From Patescibacteria group bacterium (GTDB lineage: Bacteria; Patescibacteriota; Patescibacteriia; Magasanikbacterales; GWA2-37-8), in the NCBI GenBank assembly GCA_041651015.1, contig JBAZKA010000001.1, forward strand, positions 62,000-125,999: a DNA stretch of 64,000 bases. Reading direction: 5' to 3'. Below are positions 55,008 to 64,000 of this stretch, piece by piece. The notes below the pieces were generated by a model. That model ran no database searches. It saw only the letters and a program-made list of their open reading frames with translations, and had not been told where the DNA came from. The position numbers were made by a program, and so were the translations under genes. How positions within the stretch are numbered: position 1 is the stretch's first letter; the number at the start of each line of letters is the position of its first letter.

Positions 55008-56378
55008 ATGAAGAAGTTTTACGGAATGATGATTGTTGCTATGATGGCGGTCGGATGCAACGAAGGCTACGGCATCGGCGATAAGTTTTTCGCTGAAGTC
55101 GACGCCGGTTCGGACACCGACACGGACACCGACACCGATACGGACACGGATAGCGACAGCGACACCGATTCCGATACGGACACGGACACCGACACGGATA
55201 CCGATACCGACACCGATTCCGATACGGACACGGACACCGACACGGATACCGATACCGATACGGATACGGACACGGGCGAGTGCGAGGATGGTGAAGAGCA
55301 GTGTGACGGAAACATGGTTCAGGTTTGCGGCGACGACCACGAGTGGGCGAACTGGGACGAGTGTCTCGCGTCTGCTCACAAGGAGTGTGTCGAGGCCAGC
55401 TCGACCTCCGCGAACTGCGACTGCGTCTCCGGTTACCACCTGTCCGCAGGCAACTGTGTCGCGGACACGGTCGTGATCTGCACCGCTGGCTACGAGGAAT
55501 GTGACACGGATGGAAACGTTCTGGTTTGCAACTCGGCCGGCACTGCGTGGGTGGTGGACGACACTTGCCTCGCCACGAACCATGAAGAGTGTATCGAGGC
55601 CAGCTCGACCTCCGCGAACTGCGACTGCGTCTCCGGTTACCACCTGTCCGCAGGCAATTGTGTCGCGGACACGGTCGTGGTCTGCACGGCCGGCAACAAG
55701 GAGTGCGACACGGCCGGCAACGTTCTGGTTTGCAACTCGGCCGGCACTGCGTGGGTGGTGGACGACACTTGTCTCGCCTCCGCTCACGAGAAGTGCGTCG
55801 AGACCAGCTTGACCTCTGCCTCGTGCCAGTGCGTGGATGGGTACTATCTGTCCGTGGGTGTCTGCATCGCGGACACCGACACTGACACCGACACTTCGGT
55901 CGAATGCACGGACGACGGTGGCGAGTGCGCCTTGGGTTACGAATGTAAGGCGGGGCATTGTGAAATGCCCTGCGACTGGGAGAACCCTTGTGACATGGCC
56001 TCCGGTTTAGAATGCTTTTTGACCGGCAAGGATCCCGACCAGAACTGGAAGTTCTCCGGGATCTGTCTTCCCATGCCGGCGGCAACGGGCGAATTCAGTT
56101 CCGTATGGTACTACGACATGGAACTGGAGAACGATGAGGACACGGGTACGTGTGCGTATTACGATACGTACTCTCCGTCCCCGACGGAGTACTCGTCGCC
56201 AGACACCGCCGCGGCCAGCATCATGTGCACCGATAATTCGTCGGTGCCGTGGGTCATGGAGGGCGAGTTCGAAGATCCGAGCACGTCGTCCGCTCGGACC
56301 CACCTGATCGCCCACGGCGATCATAACCACCAGATGACGACTTTCGGGCGTATCCTGTATACGCCCCCCGTCCTCTGA
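55008..56378 (+). CDS. Lipoprotein with (Thr-Asp/Ser-Asp)n tracts and tandem EGF-like Cys-rich modules (ORF track from 54927; Met at 55008 with GGGAG RBS)
   Basis: Lipobox MMAVGC; ~55 residues of TD/SD dipeptide repeats; two and a half near-identical modules containing CDCVSGYHLSAGNC (CxCxxGYxLxxxxC, EGF-like). Confidence 0.6.
   Translation: MKKFYGMMIVAMMAVGCNEGYGIGDKFFAEVDAGSDTDTDTDTDTDTDSDSDTDSDTDTDTDTDTDTDTDSDTDTDTDTDTDTDTDTDTGECEDGEEQCDGNMVQVCGDDHEWANWDECLASAHKECVEASSTSANCDCVSGYHLSAGNCVADTVVICTAGYEECDTDGNVLVCNSAGTAWVVDDTCLATNHEECIEASSTSANCDCVSGYHLSAGNCVADTVVVCTAGNKECDTAGNVLVCNSAGTAWVVDDTCLASAHEKCVETSLTSASCQCVDGYYLSVGVCIADTDTDTDTSVECTDDGGECALGYECKAGHCEMPCDWENPCDMASGLECFLTGKDPDQNWKFSGICLPMPAATGEFSSVWYYDMELENDEDTGTCAYYDTYSPSPTEYSSPDTAAASIMCTDNSSVPWVMEGEFEDPSTSSARTHLIAHGDHNHQMTTFGRILYTPPVL
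55110..55275 (+). repeat. Hexanucleotide (GACACN/GATACG)n microsatellite encoding the TD/SD tract
   Basis: About 27 consecutive GAYWCN hexamers visible in the sequence. Confidence 0.9.
55357..55760 (+). repeat. Tandem ~200-bp near-identical direct repeats encoding the EGF-like modules
   Basis: 55360-55560 and 55570-55760 align with few mismatches. Confidence 0.8.
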
Positions 56379-56486
56379 CATGTTCTTTGAGCCTCGAATT
56401 CCTTTCGAGGTATATGCCCGGGCAGAGCTTATCTGCCCCAATCATATGGCATCATTTATCTCTCAAATGATCCCAGATGTAAACAA

Positions 56487-56518
56487 AAAACTCCGATTCG
56501 TCGGAGTTTTTTGTTTGG
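56487..56518. terminator. Bidirectional terminator between the lipoprotein gene and the methyltransferase gene
   Basis: AAAAAACTCCGA-ttcg-TCGGAGTTTTTTGTTT. Confidence 0.8.
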
Positions 56519-56525
56519 GAAAAAA

Positions 56526-57344
56526 TTATTTTTTTCTAAATATTACACACTTGGTATCAGTGCATTGCTTTGCGTAATTATTGTATTCATCAATTGTCGC
56601 CTTCGGTTGATACATTAGGTAATCAACATTTTTTATTATCTCAACAGCGGGGGAGACGGCTTCAAAAATTTTATCCCACTCAATGTAATCTTCGGGAAAA
56701 ACGTGGATATCACCTTCGCGCTGGTATTTCTTGTTAATAAATAATTTTATGAAAACCGTTTTGACAAAATCCCAAGTTAAAAATTCACCGGTTCGTAAAA
56801 TAAATTTGGTGCGCTCGGCTTTTGTTTGTTTGGTTTTGGCGTTGTATTCGGCGAGGACAACGTCCGGGTACCAGCGGTGTTCGTTGGCTTCATGGTCAAT
56901 GTATATTAGACCGCCCGGTTTTGCTACGCGGATCATTTCTTTGATCGCGGAAATATAATCGGGAATATGGTGCAGCACCGAATACACGGCGACAATATCA
57001 AAGTGGTCATCTTCAAAAGGTAATTTTTTACCGTCAAATAGTGCAGTCTCTATATTGAGCGCCGAGTATTGGTTTTGTAAAATTTCCAATGAAACTGATG
57101 AGAGATCGCAAGCGATAACCTTGGCGCCTTTTTCCGCAAATATTCTACTGAGATTACCGGTGCCGGCGCCGTAATCTAAAACAACCGGAGAGTTTATTTT
57201 TGTTAAACTTATTACCTCGGCAATAGTCTCCCCCAGACGTCTTTGTTCAACCGGATTGTAAATTTCCGTGTGCTTGGTATTGTATATGTAGGCATTACGG
57301 TCGTGTTGTTTGCGATTTTTTGTGATTATATGCTCGTTGGACAT
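56526..57344 (-). CDS. Class I SAM-dependent methyltransferase (Methyltransf_11-like)
   Basis: 272 aa; motif I VLDYGAGTGNLS, post-I acidic (ACDLS), PGGLIYI motif. Confidence 0.8.
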   Translation of the reverse strand: MSNEHIITKNRKQHDRNAYIYNTKHTEIYNPVEQRRLGETIAEVISLTKINSPVVLDYGAGTGNLSRIFAEKGAKVIACDLSSVSLEILQNQYSALNIETALFDGKKLPFEDDHFDIVAVYSVLHHIPDYISAIKEMIRVAKPGGLIYIDHEANEHRWYPDVVLAEYNAKTKQTKAERTKFILRTGEFLTWDFVKTVFIKLFINKKYQREGDIHVFPEDYIEWDKIFEAVSPAVEIIKNVDYLMYQPKATIDEYNNYAKQCTDTKCVIFRKK

Positions 57345-57449
57345 ATTTAGATATTAGTAATAATTTCACCATATATTATAGCCCTTTTTTCTAAAATACA
57401 AAAGTTTTTGCGCTAAATTTGGTGCGGCAGACGAAAAAGGCGCTTGCTA

Positions 57450-57478
57450 TTGACAAAAACTCTAAAACATGCTATTAT
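57450..57478 (+). promoter_or_regulatory. Sigma70 promoter (family member 4 of 4)
   Basis: TTGACA, 17-bp spacer AAAACTCTAAAACATGC, TATTAT. Confidence 0.6.
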
Positions 57479-57700
57479 ATGATGTTAAAATTAAAGGGAC
57501 AAATGCACGCGATTTGACGGTGAGAGAGCCGTAAAATTCGCATAAATTTGAAAAAACTCTCTCACGGGAGTTTTGTTTGAGTGGAGTTGTCGCTCGGATG
57601 CAAATTGTATCAAAGCGACAGGGCCGCCCCCTCAACATGGGTATATCATAGTCATGTTGAGGGGGTTGCTCTCCCTATGCCTTTGCGTTTTATGCGCGTG
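57479..57700 (+). ncRNA. Structured leader / candidate sRNA copy 2 plus a 13-bp perfect hairpin
   Basis: GTGAGAGAG...CTCTCTCACGGGAGTTTTGTTTG is analogous to 53395-53470; hairpin CCCCCTCAACATG...CATGTTGAGGGGG at 57622-57664. Confidence 0.4.
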
Positions 57701-57817
57701 GCCAAAAGAGTTTCTTTGACAATTTAATTATTGGATTTAGTTAGTTTGAGATAAGGAAAACAACCAAATGCGATTTTGGAAATCGCAAAAGATTCCGGAA
57801 ACGGAATGGAGGAAGAA

Positions 57818-60490
57818 ATGGAAAAGAGATTTTTGTTTTGTTTCGTTGCCATCGTCGCGGCTATCGCGTGTTCGCCGAACACACGAGAGCCCCATCAGTC
57901 GGTAGTGCCGCCGGATTCAGATTCGTCTACGTCCGACACGGATACCGACACCGACACGGACACAGATTCCGACACAGATTCCGATTCGGATAGCGACAGC
58001 GATTCCGACACGGACACGGACACCGACACCGACACGGACAGTGATTCGGATACGGACAGCGACACGGATACGGATTCGGACACAGATTCGGATTCGGATA
58101 CGGATAGCGACACGGATTCGGACACGGACGTGGACGCCGGCACGGATGCCGGCACCGATGGCGGGACCGATGGCGGTCTCGACGGCGGTTCGGATACCGA
58201 CACGGATACGGATAGCGATTCCGATTCTGACACAGACTCGGATAGCGACACGGATTCGGACGCCGGAACCGACGGTGGCGTAGAGCCGACCGAGTGCTCC
58301 AGTGGCGTTTGCTGCGACACGGTGACCGGACTCTTCAAGGACGATACCGTCATTTGCGGGACGTCGTTAGAGTTGAGGTGCGATGACACCGGTTGCAGCG
58401 CTGACGTTAGGAATGCCTACGTCATTACCAGCTGTCCCGGATATTCCGAGGACTGCGAAGGAATAGAGGAGGTGTTTACCAGCAGCGTCGTGGACGACTG
58501 CGGTGACAATGAAACCTGCGAAGCTTCCACCGCTCTCTGCGTCGAATGTGAGTTCGGCTGTGAAGACGATTCCTTTGGAGTCGGAACGTGCAGCGAAGAA
58601 CCCATCGTCATTGACGCCGGAGTGGACTCCGGAACTTCGGACACCGACACCGACACGGACAGTGATTCGGATACGGACAGCGACACGGATACGGATTCGG
58701 ACACAGATTCGGATTCGGATACGGATAGCGACACGGATTCGGATACGGACGTGGACGCCGGCACGGATGCCGGCACCGATGGCGGGACCGATGGCGGTCT
58801 CGACGGCGGTTCGGATACCGACACGGATACGGATAGCGATTCCGATTCTGACACAGACTCGGATAGCGACACGGATTCGGACGCCGGAACCGACGGTGGC
58901 GTAGAGCCTCCGACCGAGTGCGTGGCTGACGACCCGTGCTGTGACAGCGAGGGGTTCTACCTCGCCAACGGCACCGAGTGCGACGGTGGTACTGTGCTCT
59001 CGATCTGCGAGAGCGGGTACTTCTGTGACGGCGTCGGCGATTGCATGCTCGAGTACGTCCCCGCGTCGGACAATAAGGTCTGCGATAGCGATATCGCCGA
59101 CCTTTGTGACGCCGTGGATTACTGCGACGGTAGCGGAGGTTGCCCAGACGCGGTCCTGTCGTACGGCGATGATTGTCATGCATCCGAAGGGGCGTGTGAC
59201 GTTCAAGACATCTGCAACGGGCTCGGCAAGGATTGTCCTGATGAGCTTCTCGTCGGCGATACCTGCCGACCGGCCGTTGTTGGTGGATGCGACATCGCGG
59301 AGACCTGTTCTGGTTCTTCTCCGGACTGTCCGGCTGACGTGGTTGCTTTGGCAACGACTGTCTGCCGTGCGGCATCCGGGGTTTGCGATAAGGCCGAGAA
59401 CTGCACAGGCAGTTCGGCTACTTGCCCGGCGAACACGTTTGAGTCGGCCGCCACAGTGTGCGCGTCCAGTTACGTGTATCAGTGCAACGGCAATCTGTGC
59501 GGGTCCGATGCTCAACGGCGTCTGGTGAGGCAGTATTGTACTGGTAGCGCGGCTGCTTGCAGTGGCACTATCTACTACAACCCCTGGACCACCATCGCCA
59601 ACTGCGACGCATCGGCCATCTGCATTTCCACTTCTACCTCAGCCATGTGTTCCGAGTGCGGTTACGCTTGCCAGGACATCCCGGCAGGGACGTGTGTTGG
59701 TGAAGAAGGACAGCCGTGTGCCGAAGCTCCTTTCGAGGAGTGCGAAAGCGACGACCTGTTCTGCGACACCGACGACGTCTGCAGTGATGCTCCGGACGGC
59801 GGCATTGCCGACGGTGGCGTAGACGGTGGTTCCGATACGGACACCGACGCAGATACCGACACGGACACGGATACGGATAGCGATTCGGACACGGATGCCG
59901 ATGCCGGCCTTGATGGCGGCTCGGATACGGACACCGATAGCGACACGGATTCCGATTCCGACAGCGATGCCGGTACTGACACGGACACTGAGACTGACAC
60001 GGATACCGACACGGGCACCGAAGGAACTTTCTGTCTTGAAAAAGCAGACTGTTCCGAGGGAGAGTACTGCAATCTGGAGACGAGCCTCTGTACGCTCGTG
60101 CCGGAGTTCCCGTTACCTGCGGGACAGTACTTCTATTGCTGGGGATACAACATCACTCATGATCCCAGCAATGTGGTGTCGCAGTGCACGACAAGCTCTA
60201 CTTCCACTTGCACCTACTACGATCCGGCGGCGTCACAGCAGTATTCCGCCACGGTGTCGCTCTACTGCATCTTGGATCAGTACGGCACCACGTCCACCCC
60301 CACCTGTCCCGCGGTGCAGGACATCGGCGAGTGTTGCATCTCCGGGCAGACTGATTTCGTTGCGCGGTACGCCGCGCCGGAAGAATGCAACGACGCTGAC
60401 ACGGACAACGATCCGGTTGGTGGATGTTCTTCCTACCGCCAATGCTTGAGGGGAAGTGATGGTCACTTCCTCGCCGAAGGCCTGTTCTAG
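57818..60490 (+). CDS. Large lipoprotein with three (TD/SD)n-GTDGG tracts and multiple Cys-rich repeat modules (ORF track from 57776; Met at 57818 with GGAGGAAG RBS)
   Basis: Lipobox VAAIACS; Asp-rich dipeptide tracts; ~24-aa Cys motifs (CDxxxxCDGxGxCPD) repeated at least 6 times; about 890 aa. Confidence 0.6.
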   Translation: MEKRFLFCFVAIVAAIACSPNTREPHQSVVPPDSDSSTSDTDTDTDTDTDSDTDSDSDSDSDSDTDTDTDTDTDSDSDTDSDTDTDSDTDSDSDTDSDTDSDTDVDAGTDAGTDGGTDGGLDGGSDTDTDTDSDSDSDTDSDSDTDSDAGTDGGVEPTECSSGVCCDTVTGLFKDDTVICGTSLELRCDDTGCSADVRNAYVITSCPGYSEDCEGIEEVFTSSVVDDCGDNETCEASTALCVECEFGCEDDSFGVGTCSEEPIVIDAGVDSGTSDTDTDTDSDSDTDSDTDTDSDTDSDSDTDSDTDSDTDVDAGTDAGTDGGTDGGLDGGSDTDTDTDSDSDSDTDSDSDTDSDAGTDGGVEPPTECVADDPCCDSEGFYLANGTECDGGTVLSICESGYFCDGVGDCMLEYVPASDNKVCDSDIADLCDAVDYCDGSGGCPDAVLSYGDDCHASEGACDVQDICNGLGKDCPDELLVGDTCRPAVVGGCDIAETCSGSSPDCPADVVALATTVCRAASGVCDKAENCTGSSATCPANTFESAATVCASSYVYQCNGNLCGSDAQRRLVRQYCTGSAAACSGTIYYNPWTTIANCDASAICISTSTSAMCSECGYACQDIPAGTCVGEEGQPCAEAPFEECESDDLFCDTDDVCSDAPDGGIADGGVDGGSDTDTDADTDTDTDTDSDSDTDADAGLDGGSDTDTDSDTDSDSDSDAGTDTDTETDTDTDTGTEGTFCLEKADCSEGEYCNLETSLCTLVPEFPLPAGQYFYCWGYNITHDPSNVVSQCTTSSTSTCTYYDPAASQQYSATVSLYCILDQYGTTSTPTCPAVQDIGECCISGQTDFVARYAAPEECNDADTDNDPVGGCSSYRQCLRGSDGHFLAEGLF
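58021..58905 (+). repeat. Two ~270-bp near-perfect direct repeats (58021-58290 and 58636-58905) inside the lipoprotein gene, each largely composed of GAYWCN hexamers
   Basis: The two copies differ at about one position by eye; a third related tract lies at 59823-60020. Confidence 0.9.
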
Positions 60491-60614
60491 GCCTTTCCCG
60501 CCTTGTTCTAAAAAATCCAATAATCCGTTCATTCCCAAAAATAGCCCCGGACAGTCCGGGGCAATCACCATGAAATCGTCTTGACTCTCTCCTTGACGAT
60601 TTCAGTTGATATAC

Positions 60615-60650
60615 AAAACCCGCTATTAACTTGGCGGGTTTTGTGTTTTT
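60615..60650 (+). terminator. Rho-independent terminator after the lipoprotein gene
   Basis: AAAACCCGC-tattaacttg-GCGGGTTTT followed by GTGTTTTT. Confidence 0.75.
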
Positions 60651-60693
60651 ATAGTATAATAATGAATAGATTGCCGCGGCCTTTGGCCTCGCA

Positions 60694-62214
60694 ATGACAA
60701 AAAATATGAACAAACTATTTCCTCTCAACACCGAAACAAAACGGATTTTGTTTTGGACTATTGTCAGCATCGCGGTCATGTCCACCTATATGATAGCCGG
60801 AATGATTTTCGGGTCATCCATGATAATGCTGCTCTTCGCGCTGATAGTGGTTTTTTTATCCACGGTCATGCACCCGCAAGTTGGCATCTATACAATTTTG
60901 ATTTGTACCATGTGGTTTGAGCGATATTTTACGCTCGCGCCCATCACCATTGGCAGTGTTGTCTATAAAATTTATCCGCTGGATTTTTGTATTTTATTTT
61001 TAGCTTTGAGTTTGGTCGCCAGATTGGTAGAAGGAAAAATTAAATTTAAAACCCAAGCGCTTGACTGGTTTATTTTGGTTTTTGGCGGAGTGTGCACCTT
61101 GAGTTTGTTATCGTCGTATTGGCGCGGGTTGGATATGGCCGTGGCTGTCGGTACCTACAAAAATTATTTTCTTTACGCTGTTTTATACGTGATACTTACT
61201 ATCGTTATGCAGACCAAGGAGGAGTGGGTCAGGCTTCTGAACTGGCTTATCGCGGCCGGCTTTGGTTTATTCTTTTTCCTTTTTTACGGACTAATTGCTG
61301 GCCATGGACTTTGGAGTGAATATACTCCGTTATCCACGTCCGGCGAACGCCTGATCGCCGGCACCCATATTTTTTATTTGATGTTATTTTTATTTTGGCT
61401 CGCGGCCGCTTATCTCTACCGTGAAGTCAAAGAAAAAAATAAATGGCAATCAGTGGCTGTGATTGTGGGCATGTCGCTGGCCGGTCTCGCGCTGGTAGTC
61501 TCGCTTGTGCGCCATCTGTGGTTGGCCGTGCCAACTGTTTTAATTTTTTGGATTATATTTTTACCGACTATGCGCCGTCGGTTAAAATTTTTAATTTTGA
61601 TCGGAATAGTCGGCGCGCTGACCGCGGTGTTGACTTTTATTTTTATTTATTCCGGACGCGTTATTCACGGCTCCAATGCCGGGCAGACTTTTGCCAATAC
61701 ATCGGAGGTTTTGAGTCAGAGAACTGACATAGAAAATGTGACCAGCGGAAACGACTCCAGTTTTTCTTGGCGTTTGGCGGTCTGGAAAGTCGGTTTTTCC
61801 GCTTGGTTAACGCATCCATTTTTTGGTTTGGGATTGGGCCATCGTATCACCGGGTTGATAAATAATTGGCCTTTTGATATCGCCCTGCGCGAGATACACA
61901 ATGATTATCTGGCTATGCTTTACCAGATGGGCGTGGTCGGGTTGATTGCCGTCTTAGAATTCTTGGTTTTCCTTTGGTATATTTTTTTTCACGATAGAAG
62001 TTTCTTACTTGATAATGAATCGCTTGACGGCCGATTGTTCTTTTCGTTTTGGAGCATGGCGATATTATTTATGATTGGTTTTCTTGTCTCGGTTTATTGG
62101 GATGTAAATTTCTTTGTCATTTGGTGGTGGCTCGCCATTGCCGGCCTGCGGTTTGTTTGCATGCGACAACCCGTCACCACCAAAATTTTTTATGAAGATA
62201 CTTCAGATAAATAA
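60694..62214 (+). CDS. O-antigen ligase/polymerase-family (Wzy_C) membrane protein
   Basis: 506 aa, about 12 TM; conserved H...NDYLAMLYQMGVVG motif in a periplasmic loop. Confidence 0.7.
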   Translation: MTKNMNKLFPLNTETKRILFWTIVSIAVMSTYMIAGMIFGSSMIMLLFALIVVFLSTVMHPQVGIYTILICTMWFERYFTLAPITIGSVVYKIYPLDFCILFLALSLVARLVEGKIKFKTQALDWFILVFGGVCTLSLLSSYWRGLDMAVAVGTYKNYFLYAVLYVILTIVMQTKEEWVRLLNWLIAAGFGLFFFLFYGLIAGHGLWSEYTPLSTSGERLIAGTHIFYLMLFLFWLAAAYLYREVKEKNKWQSVAVIVGMSLAGLALVVSLVRHLWLAVPTVLIFWIIFLPTMRRRLKFLILIGIVGALTAVLTFIFIYSGRVIHGSNAGQTFANTSEVLSQRTDIENVTSGNDSSFSWRLAVWKVGFSAWLTHPFFGLGLGHRITGLINNWPFDIALREIHNDYLAMLYQMGVVGLIAVLEFLVFLWYIFFHDRSFLLDNESLDGRLFFSFWSMAILFMIGFLVSVYWDVNFFVIWWWLAIAGLRFVCMRQPVTTKIFYEDTSDK

Positions 62215-63400
62215 ATTTTTTTATCGCCGAGGCGGAGCCGACCATCATTTTATGGATTTGGTTGATTTGTTGCACGAAAAAGGCGAAGGAGTATTTGTCT
62301 TTTCCATGCGCGACAAACGCAATAAGTCGAGCGATTACGAAAAATATTTTGTCTCCAACATTGAATTCGGTAAATTAAATTTGGCCGCTCTTCTGCGTCC
62401 GTTTAGAGTGATATATTCTTTTGAAGCGGCGAGAAAATTGCGTCGTTTAATTCGCGAGGCTCGTCCGGATATCGCGCACGTGCATTTGATTTACCATCAT
62501 CTGTCGCCATCTGTTTTGGCGGTTCTGAAACAAGAAAAAATTCCCGTGGTTATGACGATTCATGATTGGAAACCGCTTTGTCCGAATTATCTGATGTTTA
62601 CCGAAGGCGCGATTTGTGAACGTTGCCGCGGTGGTCATTATGTTCAGGCGGCCAAGCATCGTTGTATCCACAATTCTTGTCCGCAAAGTATTTGGGCCGC
62701 GTTTGAGGCTTATGTTTATCATGCTAAAAATTATTACGAAGAGTATGTGGATTTATATATTGCCCCGAGCGAATTTGTAAAAACAATGTTTATTAAATGG
62801 GGTTTTCCGGCGGACAAAATTCTGGTGTTGCCTCACTTTTTATCGCCGTCAATTGTCCGCGAACAAACCTCAATTACAGCGCCGGCTAAACCGGAGTTTG
62901 TTTTTGTCGGGCGTCTGAACGCGGAAAAGGGGATTATGACTTTGGCAAGAAAATGGGCGAGCGAAAAAATTTTATATCCTCTGCATGTATTTGGCGACGG
63001 GCCGCTCGCGCCTCAACTTAGAAATTTCGTGGAGGACAATCGATTGCGAAATATTATTTTACACGGCGCAGTACCGCGCGAGGAAATCAGCCAACGTTTG
63101 CGCGCCATGACCGCATTGATTGTGCCAAGTGAGTGGTATGAAATTTTTGGTTTGGTGGCGATTGAAGCATGGGCGCAAGGTGTGCCGATTATTACCTCAA
63201 ATTTCGGCGCTTTACCCGAGCTGGTTAAAAATTCCGGCGCCGGTATTGTGATGGATTTTAAAAATGATAAACTTTCCGATGTCCTGTCCGCCATTACCGA
63301 CCAAAAATATCGCGATAACGCCGTATCGTATATGTCCGGCCATCACTTGGCTGATGAATATTACCGAAAATTATTACATATTTATAAAATGGTTGTGTAG
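62192..63400 (+). CDS. Family 4 glycosyltransferase (ORF track from 62114; Met at 62192 = MKILQINKFFYRRGG)
   Basis: GT4/GT-B pattern including EWYEIFGLVAIEAWAQGVPII (E-x7-E); overlaps the ligase gene end by 23 nt. Confidence 0.8.
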   Translation: MKILQINKFFYRRGGADHHFMDLVDLLHEKGEGVFVFSMRDKRNKSSDYEKYFVSNIEFGKLNLAALLRPFRVIYSFEAARKLRRLIREARPDIAHVHLIYHHLSPSVLAVLKQEKIPVVMTIHDWKPLCPNYLMFTEGAICERCRGGHYVQAAKHRCIHNSCPQSIWAAFEAYVYHAKNYYEEYVDLYIAPSEFVKTMFIKWGFPADKILVLPHFLSPSIVREQTSITAPAKPEFVFVGRLNAEKGIMTLARKWASEKILYPLHVFGDGPLAPQLRNFVEDNRLRNIILHGAVPREEISQRLRAMTALIVPSEWYEIFGLVAIEAWAQGVPIITSNFGALPELVKNSGAGIVMDFKNDKLSDVLSAITDQKYRDNAVSYMSGHHLADEYYRKLLHIYKMVV

Positions 63401-63430
63401 GCTGTTCAGGGAGGGGCGTAGAAAATATTT

Positions 63431-64000
63431 ATGTATAAAAGTATTAAAATAAAATTATCAAAATATCTTGCCATTGTTTTGCTACTGGCGATTTTTTTTA
63501 GTGTTGCACCCGCCTCGCCGGCCCGGGCCGCGAACAAATACCCGCGTTTGGCCAATTTTTATTTATACTCGCCGATACGCGAGAGCGAAGTGGCGCAATT
63601 TTCCAAATGGGACGTGTTGATTTTTCACATGCTCGCGACGCAAAATAGCGCCGCGCAAATAAAAAAAATACGCCAGCTTAATCCGGATATAAAAATTTTG
63701 GTTTATCTGGCCTCACAAGAATTTCCCATTGAAGATTATAAATCATGGGATACGATGTCCAATGGCCTGATGAAACAAGAAGTGGCCGGCATCACCGATG
63801 ACATGTGGTTGTTGGATGAAGACGGCGATCACGTGGTATTTTGGGGCAGCAATTGGATGTTGAATATTACCAGTGATCGGTGGACAAATTATCTATCTAG
63901 TTTTGTCGTAGACAAACTTTTGTCCTCCGGACTTTATGATGGTGTATTTTACGATAATTCTTGGTATAACGTGTCTTGGGTAAACGGTGGGGCGATTGAT
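63431..64000 (+). CDS. Secreted hypothetical protein, 5-prime partial (runs off the window), possibly glycoside-hydrolase-like
   Basis: ATG at 63431; signal peptide KLSKYLAIVLLLAIFFSVAPASPARA; open to the end of the window. Confidence 0.4.
   Translation, partial: MYKSIKIKLSKYLAIVLLLAIFFSVAPASPARAANKYPRLANFYLYSPIRESEVAQFSKWDVLIFHMLATQNSAAQIKKIRQLNPDIKILVYLASQEFPIEDYKSWDTMSNGLMKQEVAGITDDMWLLDEDGDHVVFWGSNWMLNITSDRWTNYLSSFVVDKLLSSGLYDGVFYDNSWYNVSWVNGGAID

Noticed and set aside
55110-55275. Possible CRISPR array because of regular short repeats
   Set aside because: The repeat unit is only 6 bp, lies in-frame within a CDS and has no spacers; it is a coding microsatellite, not a CRISPR array.
55039-56085. 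Long minus-strand ORFs (348 aa and 339 aa) overlapping the EGF-like lipoprotein gene
   Set aside because: They are Arg/Cys/Pro-rich mirror translations of the GC-rich hexanucleotide and module repeats. The plus-strand frame has the RBS, lipobox and coherent domain structure.
58367-59515. Minus-strand ORFs (382, 255, 164 and 151 aa) and plus-strand alternative-frame ORFs inside the 57818-60490 lipoprotein gene
   Set aside because: They are repeat-induced open frames with low-complexity Arg/Ser/Val composition and no start context. One coherent plus-strand lipoprotein frame explains the region.
60198-60785. 195-aa minus-strand ORF
   Set aside because: It overlaps the 3-prime end of the lipoprotein gene, the terminator and the start of the O-antigen ligase gene; Arg-rich antisense artefact.

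Overview
This 64-kb window reads as a small-genome, low-GC bacterial chromosome segment, possibly Candidate Phyla Radiation (Patescibacteria-like); that assignment is inference from gene content and composition only. Housekeeping genes are dense: two tandem cofactor-independent phosphoglycerate mutase (iPGM) paralogs, valS-tyrS-argS in a row, cysS, ligA, ppsA, typA/bipA, the infC-rpmI-rplT operon, smpB directly abutting a tmRNA (ssrA) gene, tRNA-Leu(GAG) and tRNA-Asp(GTC). Accessory content includes a minimal type IV pilus locus (pilM, a stand-alone receiver domain, a pilin, pilD), bactofilin, an ECF sigma factor with a candidate anti-sigma partner flanked by two giant beta-rich surface proteins, a RelE/ParE toxin-antitoxin pair, an orphan MazF-like toxin, an XRE regulator with a membrane partner, a tandem SET-domain protein, and glycan genes (O-antigen ligase-like, GT4). 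Two regions stand out. The first is a 1492-aa protein at 28550-33028 that fuses six near-identical ~80-aa N-terminal repeats to an SNF2 helicase and a class I SAM methyltransferase, a phage P1 DarB-like architecture. The second is a visibly higher-GC block at about 50.2-60.5 kb. It carries four near-identical extended -10 sigma70 promoters and a duplicated small promoter-hairpin-terminator cassette (candidate sRNA). It encodes two paralogous signal-peptide/coiled-coil/beta-rich proteins and a class I methyltransferase. It also encodes two lipoproteins built from (Thr/Ser-Asp)n tracts, encoded by GACACN hexanucleotide repeats, and EGF-like or Cys-rich modules with ~200-270-bp near-perfect internal DNA duplications. 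A palindromic ATAAAGTT repeat array occurs at two loci, upstream of pilM and upstream of infC. All calls are from reading the sequence and ORF translations; no database searches were run.
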